The translations under genes and the position numbers were made by a program. A DNA stretch of 62,178 bases, the filler included, from Choristocarpus tenellus KU-1152 (lineage: Eukaryota > Protista > Phaeophyceae): NCBI GenBank assembly GCA_964200185.2. It is 16 parts of 16 records of this genome, joined end to end, with 100 filler letters (N's around TTAATTAATTAA, not from the genome) between each part and the next. Parts side by side here need not be neighbours in the genome. Positions count along the whole stretch, not along the records: positions 1 to 4,522 come from CAXNAD020014174.1; positions 4,623 to 10,309 come from CAXNAD020010011.1; positions 10,410 to 12,986 come from CAXNAD020026611.1; 13 more parts are not named here. One strand, given 5' to 3'. The notes beneath the pieces were generated by a model. The model saw nothing but the letters and a program-made list of their open reading frames with translations. It was not told the origin of the DNA and made no database searches. This document shows, one piece after another, positions 1 through 11,802 of this stretch (position 1 is its first letter; every line of letters starts with the position of its first letter).

Positions 1-20
1 GTGCGCATCTCATCGTGCAA

Positions 21-205
21 GGGTCAGAGTATCTGGGGGGGGGTGTCGGCGTCCGTTTTTCACCCTTTTTTCGATTTTCACGTTTTTTTGTGTGATTTGG
101 TCGCTCGCATGTGTCGGATTTGAAATGTCAGCAAAAAAAATAGTTGTTTGACCGAAACGGACGCCCCTTCACAAACCACCCCCTCCCCCCCAGATACTTT
201 GACCC
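21..205. mobile_element. MITE, TCAAAGTATCT-TIR family, subfamily A, complete copy
   Basis: TIRs GGGTCAGAGTATCT(G)n / (C)nAGATACTTTGACCC; exact 4-bp TSD GCAA at 17-20 and 206-209; inverted subterminal GGCGTCCGTTT / AAACGGACGCC. Confidence 0.9.
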
Positions 206-647
206 GCAACTATAGAACTACAGTTGACTTTATATGTAGATACACACATGCAATCACAGTCGTATTTTACCGATCTGATAGTACTACAGTATTGATAGGA
301 ATCCCAATCAAAACCTTTGTAATAATCATTAGTTACATTTACTGGCGCATATGTGGTCCTTCCTCTCTACTGTCATGAAAAAATAAATAAATCGAATTGC
401 ATCGTTGATTTTTTAAAAGTGCATAAAAACTAAGGGTGGGGGAGGGGGAGAGGGAGAGGGGGGGAAATGATACTTTAATTTATTGTTGCAGGTCGTCTTG
501 ATTTCCAGCCCTCCTCTTTTTCCTATGTGCTCCCTCCTTCTCCCCCGTCAACATGTCTACTCTTTCTGATCTTGCTCGTATATCCCCAACCTGTCTCCAT
601 CACAATCCCCGTAACCATCTCAACATCTACGACCCTTCTATTGCTAG

Positions 648-1806
648 GTGTGGGCCATCGGGACTGGCCTCACAGCTACTCCTGAGATCGCCCAGTCCGT
701 TCACGCCTACATCCGGTCTTGCCTGGCAGAGAAGTATGGAGCAGGAGTGGCAGATGGAGTTAGGATACAGTACGGTGAGAGCCAGGGGGGGGGGGGGGGG
801 GGCGGGGGCGGGGGTCGGGGTCTGGGGGTTGGCGTTCGGGGGGGTTGTGCATATGGTGAGCATTCTTGTTAGGTTCCATTTTTGACCCTGTTGATCAACA
901 CACAACACACCTGTAGAGATTAGGTTTCCATCTGGTGGATTTGAACTGTGAGTGGGATTTGTTGTTGCAAGGAGTACAGTAGGGTTTAGTTGGTGTGCTG
1001 CATTGGACCTTAAGAGAAGACATCAGCGCATGCATGGCAGACCTCTGTTCCTGTTTCAACTATTAGATGGAAGTAATTGCAACCGGGGTTGAGAGGGACT
1101 GGTGATGTAATATTCGTCTTTGGATTGGGTTAAGGTCAAAACGGACATAAGCGCATTTGCCCTGCTGTTTTGTTTTGGGTTGCGTTGGCGTGGGGGGGGA
1201 GGGGGGGGGGAAGGCTGTTCTACAGAGGTGTTGTGGTCTTGAAACTTGCCCAACACAGTTGATGTGAAATTAGAAGTACGGTTCTTGAATGAGATTTTTT
1301 TGAAAAAAAGGTTTTGCAGCACTGTGGTTCAGGTGCAGTCCATGAACATCTCTTACGGGGGGGTGTTCTGTGTATATTTTTTTTGTATGGGTTTATCGTG
1401 TTGTGTTGTGACCAACGTGGGCAGTGCTGGTGACATACCTCAACAACCAATTGTTTTTTATTTTTAGTGCGGGAGGCAATATGTGCGACTGTGGCACGTG
1501 CTTAGAAGTACACAGCAATATGTGTGTGTGTGTGTGTGTGTGTTTAGTTGGGTAATGTGTGGAGTATCCTCTCCTACGAACCTACCTTTGGCAATCTAGA
1601 ATGAATGCTCAACTCAAACAAAAGCTTGCTCGCGTCTTACGATTTTCAATTGATGCAATGACGTGGCAGGTGGTTCTGTGACGCCCGAGACGGTGGACGA
1701 GCTCATGGCCTGCCCAGACATTGACGGGGCACTGGTGGGGGGCGCATCCCTTGTCGCTGAGAAGTTTGCTCGGATCGTTGGTTTCAAGGCCGCTGTCAGC
1801 ACCTAA
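648..1806 (+). CDS. TPI: Triosephosphate isomerase, last two exons (648-774, 1670-1806); 5' part outside the window
   Basis: Spliced translation [23 protein letters not shown]...VRIQYG|[27 protein letters not shown]...VST* contains the TIM motifs VWAIGTG, YGGSV and DG.LVGGASL. GT-AG phase-1 intron at 775-1669; TAA at 1804-1806. Confidence 0.97.
1521..1543. repeat. (TG)n microsatellite in the TPI intron
   Basis: Perfect TG run. Other microsatellites: (ACAT)n 4421-4454, (CAGA)n 33088-33129, (ACT)n 33182-33207. Confidence 0.95.
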
Positions 1807-4522
1807 GGCAGATGAAAGATGCGGATTTATAGGCTCTGATTAAGCTCGGTATGGCAGGGTTGTGGGAATAGAGTTGCTTGTGAACAGCTTGTGATTGTGT
1901 ACGTGTGTTCTTTGTGTGTTCAGGGGAAGGCATGTGATGCTTGCTTGAACTTTAGAGGTGATACGGGTACGCTTCTCCTAAACAAACAATGAAGTGCGTG
2001 TTCTCCTATTTGGGTATGAAGGAAGTGACCCGATAAAGCAAGCCATGTGAGGAGGAGGAGGAGGAGGAGCAAAGAACTGGGTTGGGGGATTTCAAAAAGT
2101 GGTTTGAACTCGTGGATGTAGGGTGCTTACTTTAGAGATCGAACTTTACACCCTACCAAAACTGCATACCTCATTAGGAGGGCTAGGTGAACAGGAGTAG
2201 CCTGATAGTATTCAGGAGGCAGAGTTGGTGATGGTGTTGATGATAGCAACCAATTAGGACTAAAAATAGTTCGTGAATGTTCCTGCAGTGGTTAGGTCGG
2301 CCCAACCTCAAGTTGAGGGGATGGTTGAGGGGAGATGAGGGAAGAGTACCAATGCTTAAATACCCAGGACTGTCCTGATGTCTTGGAAACAAAATGCTTG
2401 GTTTTTCTTTCAGTGCTGAGGAGTGCCAAAGTCATGGTATCTTGAGACAAGTGCTGATCTATTGGTGCAATGTTAGTTCACGCCTTGGATAGTGTAACAC
2501 TCAACCGTTATGTTATGCCCCATGCCAAACGAGATGTAAACATCGATACAAATCCTGCTATGTACAGTAAACTGTAGTTCAAAACGTGTGTTCCATGTGT
2601 GTGTTACGTTCCAAAACACTCAAGTCCGAAGTATATATATTGTACACGCCAAATCCATATCATTGAGTGTTAACATCATGCAATGTGGAAGTGTGTAGTA
2701 TTACCCTTGAATTTTGTGTTGTTGATGCTGTATTGTGCCTGTAAGCATGGGTGGTTCATGCCTGGAGCATTGTGTACGTTACCGTAAACGTGTGATAGAC
2801 TTCATTTGATTGAGGTGCAATTGAGGAGTGAGCCATTACATCCCTGAGGGATTCAACAGAGATGAGGTTTGTCGGATGCCTTGATGTCTTTTTCATCTTG
2901 GCAGGCAGAAAAAAGATATTAGAAACTGAAGTATGGGGAGAGAGCTGTATTGGACCAAAGGGACGTCTCCGATTGTAGGAGGTGAAATGCTTTTGACTCT
3001 CTCAACTATGCGTTTGTGTGATTGGGATGCTGTAGTGTATCGGCATGTGCTGTGGAGTGACTCTTAGGTTAAGCAGCCATGTACCCAATTGGGTAGGTTC
3101 CTCCTATCAACCTTCAAATGGGATACCTCCAACGATTTAGAAGATACTGTCATTACAGTTTATTTTATTATGAGAAGGGCCAACGAAGGAAAGATTGCTC
3201 TAGGGATAAAAGTCACTCTACTTGACAAGTAATGCCTTCCTCTCCTAGGGACAGGTTAAATTTGGGGCGTTTCTCCTCCTGAAGTGACCTTTGTAAGTAG
3301 TAGGCAATTGGATCCTAAACATGAGGTGGTTGCATCGATTTTACTCACAATGAAATTTCGAGATCCTTGGGGTCATGCCACGGAACAGACCTGCTCGCCT
3401 GGAACATTGACACCCCTTCAGGGACCAAACATCTGATGGTGATGTTATCCTGACCAATGTCCAGAATAGATCTATCCATGCACTGAACAGTGCTGGCTAT
3501 TCCAACGAAACAAGAAAAAAACGTTAGATTTCTGATCTTAAGGCTATCCTGCTGGTCTCTTTCGTGTTGTGGTGCGACTTTTTTGCACCTGTTTGGGCGA
3601 GAAACTACACAAAACACGTTTCTAGTTACAGTTCGTTGGCCAAATGATGACACCCAGATACAAAAAAGGAACAGTCTGCCACCTGGACTAGTTCAAATGT
3701 TTTCTGACATGTCCGGACCAGGGTCATAAGATATTGTAGTGGGATCAGGTTGCAGGCTGACCCACACAGATGGCATGGAACCCGTCCTACCCCATTCCAA
3801 ATATTTCACCACGATGATGGAGGAGAAACATATGCCTGAACGTATGTCTTTCAGAAACTCGTTTTTTGCCACATGTGTTTTGGACAGTTTGGGGGTTAAC
3901 AGAACACATTTTGACTAAGCTAGTTCGGTTGAAATGCTTTTTTATTCAGGGTTGTCCTGGCCATTACTCTGTATTTCAAGATGGCTGAGCCACAAGCTTG
4001 TCCTATAACAGTATATATTATCAGGGCCAATCCATGACTGTCAATTGTTCCAGCATTACCAGGCCACAGGCCAGCCCATGGTGATAGCCTCGATTTCAAC
4101 CTTGCTATTTAATAACCACCTGAACCCGATGAAAACCCTCACTATGAGGGCTTCACCAGGGTGGCTGGTTTGGTATGTGCTTATAACCGCCGATCACCAA
4201 AATTGAGGATGGAGCACTTTATCGAGGATGAGTTTGACCCAAAATGGTGCGCGGAAAGTGCCCATATATTTTTTTTTGTAAATGTTGCTCCAATTTTGAA
4301 GGGCCCCTCTACGAATGGGATACATTTTTGTTCAAAACTATTTCGGTGCTTGTGGAGGGCACCACTACAATTTGGAAGCAACCTCGACCTAGCCAAAGGT
4401 ACAAGGACAGACGGGCCCACACATACATACATACATACATACATACATACATACGTCTTCTTCCGCTAGTTATAAATATTTATTCAAGGGTGACATGGTT
4501 TGTACAAGAAAGGGATAGATAG

Positions 4523-4622
4523 NNNNNNNNNNNNNNNNNNNNNNNNNNNNNNNNNNNNNNNNNNNNTTAATTAATTAANNNNNNNNNNNNNNNNNNNNNN
4601 NNNNNNNNNNNNNNNNNNNNNN
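4523..4622. other. Artificial contig-joining linker N44-TTAATTAATTAA-N44 (first of 15)
   Basis: An identical 100-bp spacer with stops in all frames recurs at 4523-4622, 10310-10409, 12987-13086, 16405-16504, 23434-23533, 26952-27051, 29710-29809, 32614-32713, 36065-36164, 39060-39159, 42193-42292, 48328-48427, 51036-51135, 54721-54820 and 58544-58643. Confidence 0.99.
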
Positions 4623-5633
4623 GCGGCGTTTTAAGGTCGTTGGATTTGAGTCGTACATCCTGGAAGGTGAGCATTGAGGGGTGCCTGTAACATTATCACT
4701 TGTAATGTTTTTATATTGAATAAATAGGTGAAACAAGAAGTATTTCACTAATGGGTCTTGAATTACCTGTACTATTCTTCTAGCCTACTTCGAACCGTAA
4801 ACGAGTCAGTTGTGTAATACAGAGAATACTTTTGTGAAGCGATTCATTTTGGACAATTTAGGACATTACTACAAGTATTGTATTCAAATATAGACAACAT
4901 ACACTGTAACCCTACAGTCTTGGGAGTCACCTCCTGCATTAACTTTGTGGTACCATAACTTTTGACCAACGATTTTTTTCATGAAATATCGTTTGTTGTA
5001 ATCACCTAATCATGTTTAGCCTTTTTTGATGGGTCTCGGTTGGTTGACTTGTAGTAATCGTGAGAAATACAGGACAATACTTAAATGAAGTAATACGCGC
5101 GAACCCTACATTCAAGGACGATTTTGACGTCCGAAGAGGTCAACTTCACCCCCCAGAGAACATGATCGTTGTTGTCTATTCTCTTTCCATTTTTTCCCGT
5201 TTGTTTATGCGATGTTGTCTCGTGCTGACTAAGGCTCACTCTTGGGCCAGGCCTCTGAACCAGATACTACTCCATGCCAAGTCAAATGAGGTATTCTGAA
5301 GGTGCAGGCCTCCTGTGAGACTTAAATATCTTGTACACCCTGTTCGATTTGGTGCACTCCATGCCTTTCTCGTTGGAATGTATCAGGTGGTAAGTAGTAC
5401 TCATCCTGAAGAACCTCTTTATAATTACTCTGGACAGCCCCTTCCTCAAGACTGACAGGAATGTTGGCTCTCATTCCAGGCAACGTGTAGTCTTAGTGGC
5501 CTTGTACACAGTACTTTGCCCGCCCCAGACCATCTCTATCGGTTCACTTCATTGTGTCTTGTGAGGAGTCACAGTGTCCTGTGAGTGGCTTAAACAGTAT
5601 TAAGCCGACGTCCACCCACATACCGTTTTGACG

Positions 5634-5900
5634 GTGACCAATCTTGATATTTTTGAAACGGTTGCCCAGCGAGTTAATCGGCAATCAGCGTATTAAATGA
5701 AAGCTATGGATCTAGGCTATCGACTGATGAAAAGGAATTCTTTCGAAAAAATGTGTTTGGTCCTGATAATTCAATCCAGAAATATTTTCCGAAAGAATTC
5801 CTTTGCATACGTCGATAGCTTAGATCCAGAGCTTTCATTTGATATGCTGATAGTCGACTAATTCGTTGGGCAACCGTTTAAAAAAAAAGACCGGTCTCAT
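5634..5900. mobile_element. Foldback/hairpin non-autonomous element (long imperfect inverted repeat)
   Basis: Arms pair over about 110 bp: AAACGGTTGCCC (5656-5667) with GGGCAACCGTTT (5868-5879), AAATGAAAGCT with AGCTTTCATTT, GGATCTAGGCTATCGAC with GTCGATAGCTTAGATCC, AAGGAATTCTTTCG with CGAAAGAATTCCTT. Confidence 0.8.
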
Positions 5901-6506
5901 ACTTCATAGAGGCGACTCCCAACAGTATACCTACACGACTTATCAGAACAAGATCGATTCATCTATGTATGTGGAGGTGGAAAAAACACAGGCAATTCTT
6001 TGACCAATCGGACCTAGACCGATAGGAAAATATCAACAATGCTTCCAGGTGTTCTCAACACCACATCCACCACCACTATCTCTTGAATCAGACAGTTTGA
6101 AGCTACCCTTACACGCCACTTACTTGTGCCTTCACGATGTTGAACTTGTTCATCCTTCATCTGTTCCAACAGATTTGAGATCCTAAGCACTACATACAGA
6201 AGCACACATAGGTTACCCACAAAGTTCGGAATTACGTTGTTCAATATGAACGAGTGTTGGGGGCAACTACGAGCAGACCAAGTAGGTACCTGTGAAGAAG
6301 ATCAAGCAACGATTGTTTCCCCATTTTAGGATTGCGAGCATACACCCCATGAATCCGTACATGCCCAACACTCAGCAGCAGGCACCAATGTTGAGGGTGA
6401 AGCTTCGTTGCCTCAGGGTAGTGTCTCGGTCATGGAGGAAGGAAGGGGTTGTCTGGAATGGCACCCAAAAACCGAACTCTGCACAGGTCTAAGGATGAAA
6501 GTACTA

Positions 6507-8095
6507 AGGTGGTACCAGTAGCTTCGCCCTCTGTGGCAATCTTGACTTTTGCAATGTATTGCCGCAACAGATATGCAACAATATTTATATATATATTGAA
6601 AGGGTATGAGAAGAGTGTTTGAAGTTTGTAGTGGAGATTGTATAAGCTTGGGGGAATGGGAGCTATGTCCCGATCAAATAATGGAAAAAAAAATGCGGGG
6701 GAATATCTCCGGGGCAATTTTGAAGGTCACAACTTCAAAAGATACAAGAATAAAGTGGTTAGCTGAACTCCATTTAGAAAACTGGTTTGGAGTAGGTCGA
6801 TGTCCAAGTTTGGTCAGTACGGTCCTATCGAGTTTTTTAAAGGTTTCCCGACATCATTTTAGCGCCTTTTGCAGACTTTCCACGAGGACACACACACGTG
6901 ACTTACACAGCAACATGAACCACAACGGTGAGACAAGGAGAGTCTCCGAGGCCACTCTGCCCTCTGGATCTACCCTCGGCACCTTCTCTCTCGAGAGGGG
7001 TCGGAAAAGCAAGTACCGTGTGAAACTTGGTGCGATGTTAAGTGACGAGAAAGTGTGAGTAGTGTGGCGCAGCAGCATGATCAAATAGCGAAATGGACCA
7101 CATGGTCGCGACACTGATGCTGAGAGAAGATGCATTGAAGGCATTACTACACAAACATGGTTGGATCTTCAACCACGTCGGAGAACTGCTCTGCAGTGTT
7201 TGCCACCTCGGGAAAAAAGGAAGAGAGCGGCGAGTGCATCACCAGGTGTTACAGTGACGAAGTCCGTGGGGTAGGCTGGTCACGGCGGGCGAAGGAAACA
7301 TAGTGGTTGCCCAAAGGAGGCTGTTAGAAATTGGAATGATGAAGGACTGGGGGAAGGGAGAGAAACACAACCCAAGCTAAAGCATGTTGCATATGCTTGG
7401 AGAGCAGAGGGACTTCATTGAGGTAGTTCCTAGTCTTCAGCTTCTTGTTGAGCGGTACGGAGGGGTGTGTCTAATGCTCCCAAAGTATCACTGTGAGCTC
7501 ATCCCCATTGAGTTCATGTGGGGTCGAGCAAAGGACTGGCTACGACAGCACTGTACCTATTCTTTGGTCGTTGGACGGACTCCGAAAAACGTTCCTTTGA
7601 GCTTGAAGCCAGCTGAGGATAGGCTTTTTGGCTCGTACAGAAGTACTGTAAGAAGGCGTACACGCACCATCTTCTCTACTTCAAGACGGCTGCCACTGGA
7701 CCGGAAGCCGAGAAGGAGTACAAGAGGCACAGGTCTCATAGGCGCCCGGCACATTCGGAATTCCTGCTGGCAGATGGAGGCAAGAATTACACTTACACTT
7801 AGCATTCATTAATTGAATCATTGGCATTTATTCCCGCCTAAATCACTATACTTTAATCAAGTAATATATATTTTGGTGCATCGGTCGCCATTCTTGCTGA
7901 CCTACTATCCTGGGTTCGAACCTCAATATTAGCCCTCTTCTTTTTCGAAAAAAAAATGGTGAAAAAATAAGCGAAGCCCTTACTTTGGAGGGTCTTGTGA
8001 CGGGCATCACGAATATGCCTTTATTTTTTATTCCGATTTCTACATCAAAAGTTATGACGGGACAACCCCAGAGGGCGAAGCTACTGGTACCACTA
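6507..8095 (+). mobile_element. IS630/Tc1/mariner-superfamily DNA transposon (Sagan-like), internally deleted and defective
   Basis: About 28-bp TIRs containing GTGGTACCAGTAGCTTCGCCCTCTG (left from 6509) and CAGAGGGCGAAGCTACTGGTACCAC (right to 8093); TA flanks at 6505-6506 and 8096-8097; encloses a transposase relic. Confidence 0.88.
6928..7770 (+). pseudogene. DDE (IS630/Tc1-like) transposase remnant
   Basis: Motif DF...SLQLLVERYGGVCLMLPKYHCELIPIEFMWGRAKDWLRQHCTYS matches the LPK(F/Y)HCELNPIE..WG.AK signature. A frameshifted C-terminus reads EYKRHRSHRRP. Several in-frame stops; the central catalytic part is missing. Confidence 0.85.
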
Positions 8096-10409
8096 TAGCT
8101 TAGAAAAAAATGTGGGCCAAGTTGGAGGGTGCTTAAGAGATTTGTAAATACTTTTTTGCATCATTCTTCTTTGTACAAGCTCCAGTGATGTTGCATACAG
8201 CTTTATCGGTATCCTTTATGCCGCGGTTGTAGTTGCCAGCATATTGTTTGCTGTCTGAGCATACAGAGTCTTGTACCTGGTGTGGTTTCTGTTTTTTATT
8301 TCCCTGACACTTTCATAACAGTGTACAAGTCGAACCGTTGGTTGGGCGAGGGATAAACATTGTTGGGTATGGTAAATATACCACAACACTTGTGAGAATG
8401 ACCTTCGTATTCTAGTTCATTACTCGTTAATTTGATGCATTGTTTGTTATCCCCTTGCAGCTCATCCTGTGCAGTTCTAGCAGTAATTTATTTTCTCCAT
8501 TCTCCGACCTTAATGCGAATAATATTTTTATATCTCTACTCCTGTATCCCACCACACGTTTGCTGTTGCTCTTTTTCTCCCTCAACCCCACTAATAATAG
8601 TTCACATATCGAATGCCCCATTGTGCCTTATGTTTTTTTTATCTGCGACTACGCACGCCCTTCAAGACTCACTTGTCATCCTGACTCCTGCTCCCTAACC
8701 CTAACCAGCCTTTTTGTTGCCCTGCTGTTTAATGATACATTCCTTCTGTCCCGCCATGCATCTTGCACTTGTTTTAATGCATTGATGCAGCTCGGAGTTT
8801 GCATAGTTTTCTTCAGTCCTGTAATTACTGCAGGTGAATCATTTCCCCACTTCTCTTTGAGTGAAGTTGCTAGGAGTTACTCAATTTTTGCGTATGTTTC
8901 CCTACTCAGCACTCCATGCCCAATTTCATTCATTGTCGATGCCCAATTTTTTGTCTCTCCCCCCCTGCGTTTGATGCTGCTACTATATCGTATTTATATA
9001 GTCTAACCGTGCATCAATCTTACCATTAATTTCTTTGCGATCTGTGTTGTCCATTTTTCCGATGCCCGTACCTTTCGCTTTTGCCTGACCCCGTATTTTG
9101 CAAGGAGACCTGTGTTCCCCCTCCATTGCCGGAAGGCTCCCAAGTTGTTGCATGCTCTTTATCTCCCCTCCATCTGAATTTTCATATATGAACCAGGACT
9201 GCTCCCCGTCCATGAGGATGTTGCTTTGACCTTTTTCCCACCAGTCCCCTTTCCCCCACCAGTCCTCTTTCCCCCACCAGTCTCCTTTCCACCACTACGT
9301 CTCTGCACATTGTCGATGCTTGCATCACTTCACCTTCCCTCTTCTCCCCCTGATTTTCTTTTCTGTACGTGGTAAGCCTTTTGTTTCTACAACCTTTCGT
9401 TCTTGCTGCCTGTCCTCCAGCTCGTTGAGATTTTTGTCCCAAAACTTTGGTGTGCACTAGTTCATTGATAATGTGCATTCCTGAGTGGTCTTGTTAAAAT
9501 AATTAGGGACCTTGACCTGCCGAACTTGATGTATCCACGTCCTCAATATTGTACCATTGGTTTGTTGCATCCATTTGGTTGGAGGTTAGAAGAGTGGTTT
9601 GTGGGGTCCGTGGAACTGAGTGATATTATGGCGGCAAAACAATATGATGCTAGCAAAGCAGTGTCTGAGTGTGGTGGGAGGGCAGGAAGGCACCAAGCTA
9701 TGCAAGGTCCATAATATTTAGAGGGGGTGGTATATTGGGCATATTGTCCATTCGGATCTTGTTAAGGCGTCATATGGTGCCCCAGTTTGATACCCGTTTT
9801 TATGGTGATTTTCCTTAGGATTTGGTTCTGGTACGGGGGTAGAAAAGGTGCATTCAGATCAAGGAATTCTCCTTACATCTGACACGTTCACTCAGATGAC
9901 ATGAAAATCACTACAGGTTCACACAGGCCCCGAATGGACGCTTGATCCCCCCTCTAGGGGACTATGGGTCCAAGCTCGATAATATTTCGACATGTGACTA
10001 TCTTTTTTCATCATTCCCCACCCTCGCGATCTGTGTGTCTCTACTGTACGCAGATGGTGTGGGACCTTTCCATTTTGTAGTTCAGGGGTATTGTTTTCAA
10101 TTTGAATGCTGAGGTCTGGCAATGGTTTGTTGTAGAGTGGAGCACTGCGCAGCTGAAGGTCTGATGTCGTTTGGCACATGTCCAGGGAGAGAATGGTGTT
10201 CACCTCATTTATCTGTGTTCCAGAGATCATAGGGATTTTGATAGAGCTGTTATGTTACAGGCGCCCCTCAACGCTCACCTTCCAGGATGTACAACTCAAA
10301 TCCAACGACNNNNNNNNNNNNNNNNNNNNNNNNNNNNNNNNNNNNNNNNNNNNTTAATTAATTAANNNNNNNNNNNNNNNNNNNNNNNNNNNNNNNNNNN
10401 NNNNNNNNN

Positions 10410-10742
10410 GAGTATGTTGCACTATGTGAGTTAGGGAAAGAGGTTATGTTCCTAAAGCAAGTACACATGTTCATACAACCACTTTGTAAGGATTACCCTA
10501 TACCTGTGTTTGAGGATAATGATGGTGCCATCAAGATTGCCAAGAAGGTAATATCTGGTGGTAGAACCAAGCACATTGATATTAGGTATCACTATGTACG
10601 TCAGTTGGAGAGGGAAGGCAAGATAGCAATTGAGTATTTGCAAACAGAGTTTCAACATGCTGATCGATTTGCCAAGTGTTTGTCTAAGAAGTCTTTCAAT
10701 AGGCATTCCAGTGTTATCATGTGTAGAATGAAGTGGAATTAA
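10410..10742 (+). mobile_element. Ty1/copia pol C-terminus (RNase H)
   Basis: PIPVFEDNDGAIKIA...RTKHIDIRYHYVR...QHADRFAK matches the copia RNase H signatures DN.GAI, KHIDIRYH and AD.FTK. Confidence 0.95.
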
Positions 10743-10800
10743 TGTTTGGTTTAAGATATGTCAAAGAATGTTTTGAGATAGAGTTTTTCACTTGAAGTTC

Positions 10801-11169
10801 AAAGCAGGGGAGTGTGTTAAGAATATGCTTTTTATTCATATGCAAAATATGATTCTGTGGGAGAAACATTAAGTTGTTGAAGTATTGTTGAATAATGAAG
10901 ATATTGTCCGCGGGTTATTATAATATAACCCGATAGTATGTCTTTGTTAGGTGACAACGAAAGTATTGTCCGGGGGTTATTTTAGTACAACGGATTGAGT
11001 GACGGGTTATTAGAATATGTGAACGTAAGGTGATGACCCCCTTTGAGCTTTGAAGCTCACTCTCTTCTTACACCTTGTTTACTTCATGTACAACCTGTTG
11101 TTCTACATAATGAGGAAATAATCGAGTTATTTACATACACAAGTCTTGGGAATACCAATTTCTTTAACA
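10801..11169 (+). mobile_element. Copia polypurine tract and 3' LTR (LTR 10815-11169)
   Basis: AAAGCAGGGGAG PPT directly downstream of the RNase H region, then TGTTAAGA...TCTTTAACA termini. The 3' half is homologous to 20191-20357. Confidence 0.85.
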
Positions 11170-11170
11170 A

Positions 11171-11802
11171 GAAACGTCCAACGCCAAGTTCAGCCAAGGC
11201 ACTACTTTCATCCTGTGCGGGAGTGGAGATGATATCATCCGGGGGCAAGTCCGTGACGTTGACATAGACGATTCCGGGGCATGTATCTACTCTGTGCATT
11301 ATGAGAGTCAATATGATGACACCTCCTTGCTACCTGAGCTGAGGTCATTCATGACAGAGGACGAGATCGAGGAGGGGGTCGAACAACTAAAGGAGAAGGA
11401 GAAAAGAGGGACCGCGATAAGACTGCAGCCCAGCGTGCCAACAAACGCAAGGCGCGGATGACTCTACAGGCGAACCGTAGAGAGGAGGAGAAGGATACCA
11501 GGACATACATCCTCCTCGAATCATCATTGAGGGTTGTGCCGGTTTTGGACGGGGAAGGGACACTTCATTCTAGAGCTAAGGGCAGGGGAATGTACTTTCG
11601 GATGGACGAGCAGTGGATGCGAGGGACCGTCACCAAATTCCAGCCCCGCCATACCGAGCCAGTGGGAGAGGAGCGACTCAGCTACCCCTATGAGGTCAAA
11701 TGGGAGAATAGTGAGGTGCGAAATATCCAGCTTCTTCAACAACTATACAGCACGGAGCCCAGTGCGGAGCCCAGATCCTGGTTCTGGACCAGTCCCATAT
11801 GA
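11171..11802 (+). pseudogene. Frameshifted ORF with two putative Tudor/SH3-like modules, truncated by the copia insertion
   Basis: Open frame ETSNAKFSQGTTF...IRGQVRDVDIDDSGACIYSVHYE...EDEIEEGV from 11171, a one-base frameshift near 11400-11410, then ...WMRGTVTKF...YPYEVKWENSEVRNIQL..LY...SWFW* ending at 11802. The fold call rests on pattern only. Confidence 0.5.

Noticed and set aside
4567-4578. Regularly recurring TTAATTAATTAA as a CRISPR-like or biological repeat
   Set aside because: Always centred in exactly 44+44 Ns; it is an artificial stop-codon linker.
5724-5748. Hammerhead-like core CTGATGA...CGAAA
   Set aside because: The stem II closing pair is A-C and there is no NUH cleavage triplet before the stem I partner; the foldback symmetry explains it.
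6507-8095. Fanzor/TnpB cargo in the IS630-like element
   Set aside because: No RuvC or zinc-finger motifs are visible; the interior is accounted for by transposase remnants.
8440-9006. 188-aa hydrophobic ORF
   Set aside because: It arises from T/C-rich low-complexity sequence with a TTG start; no family features.
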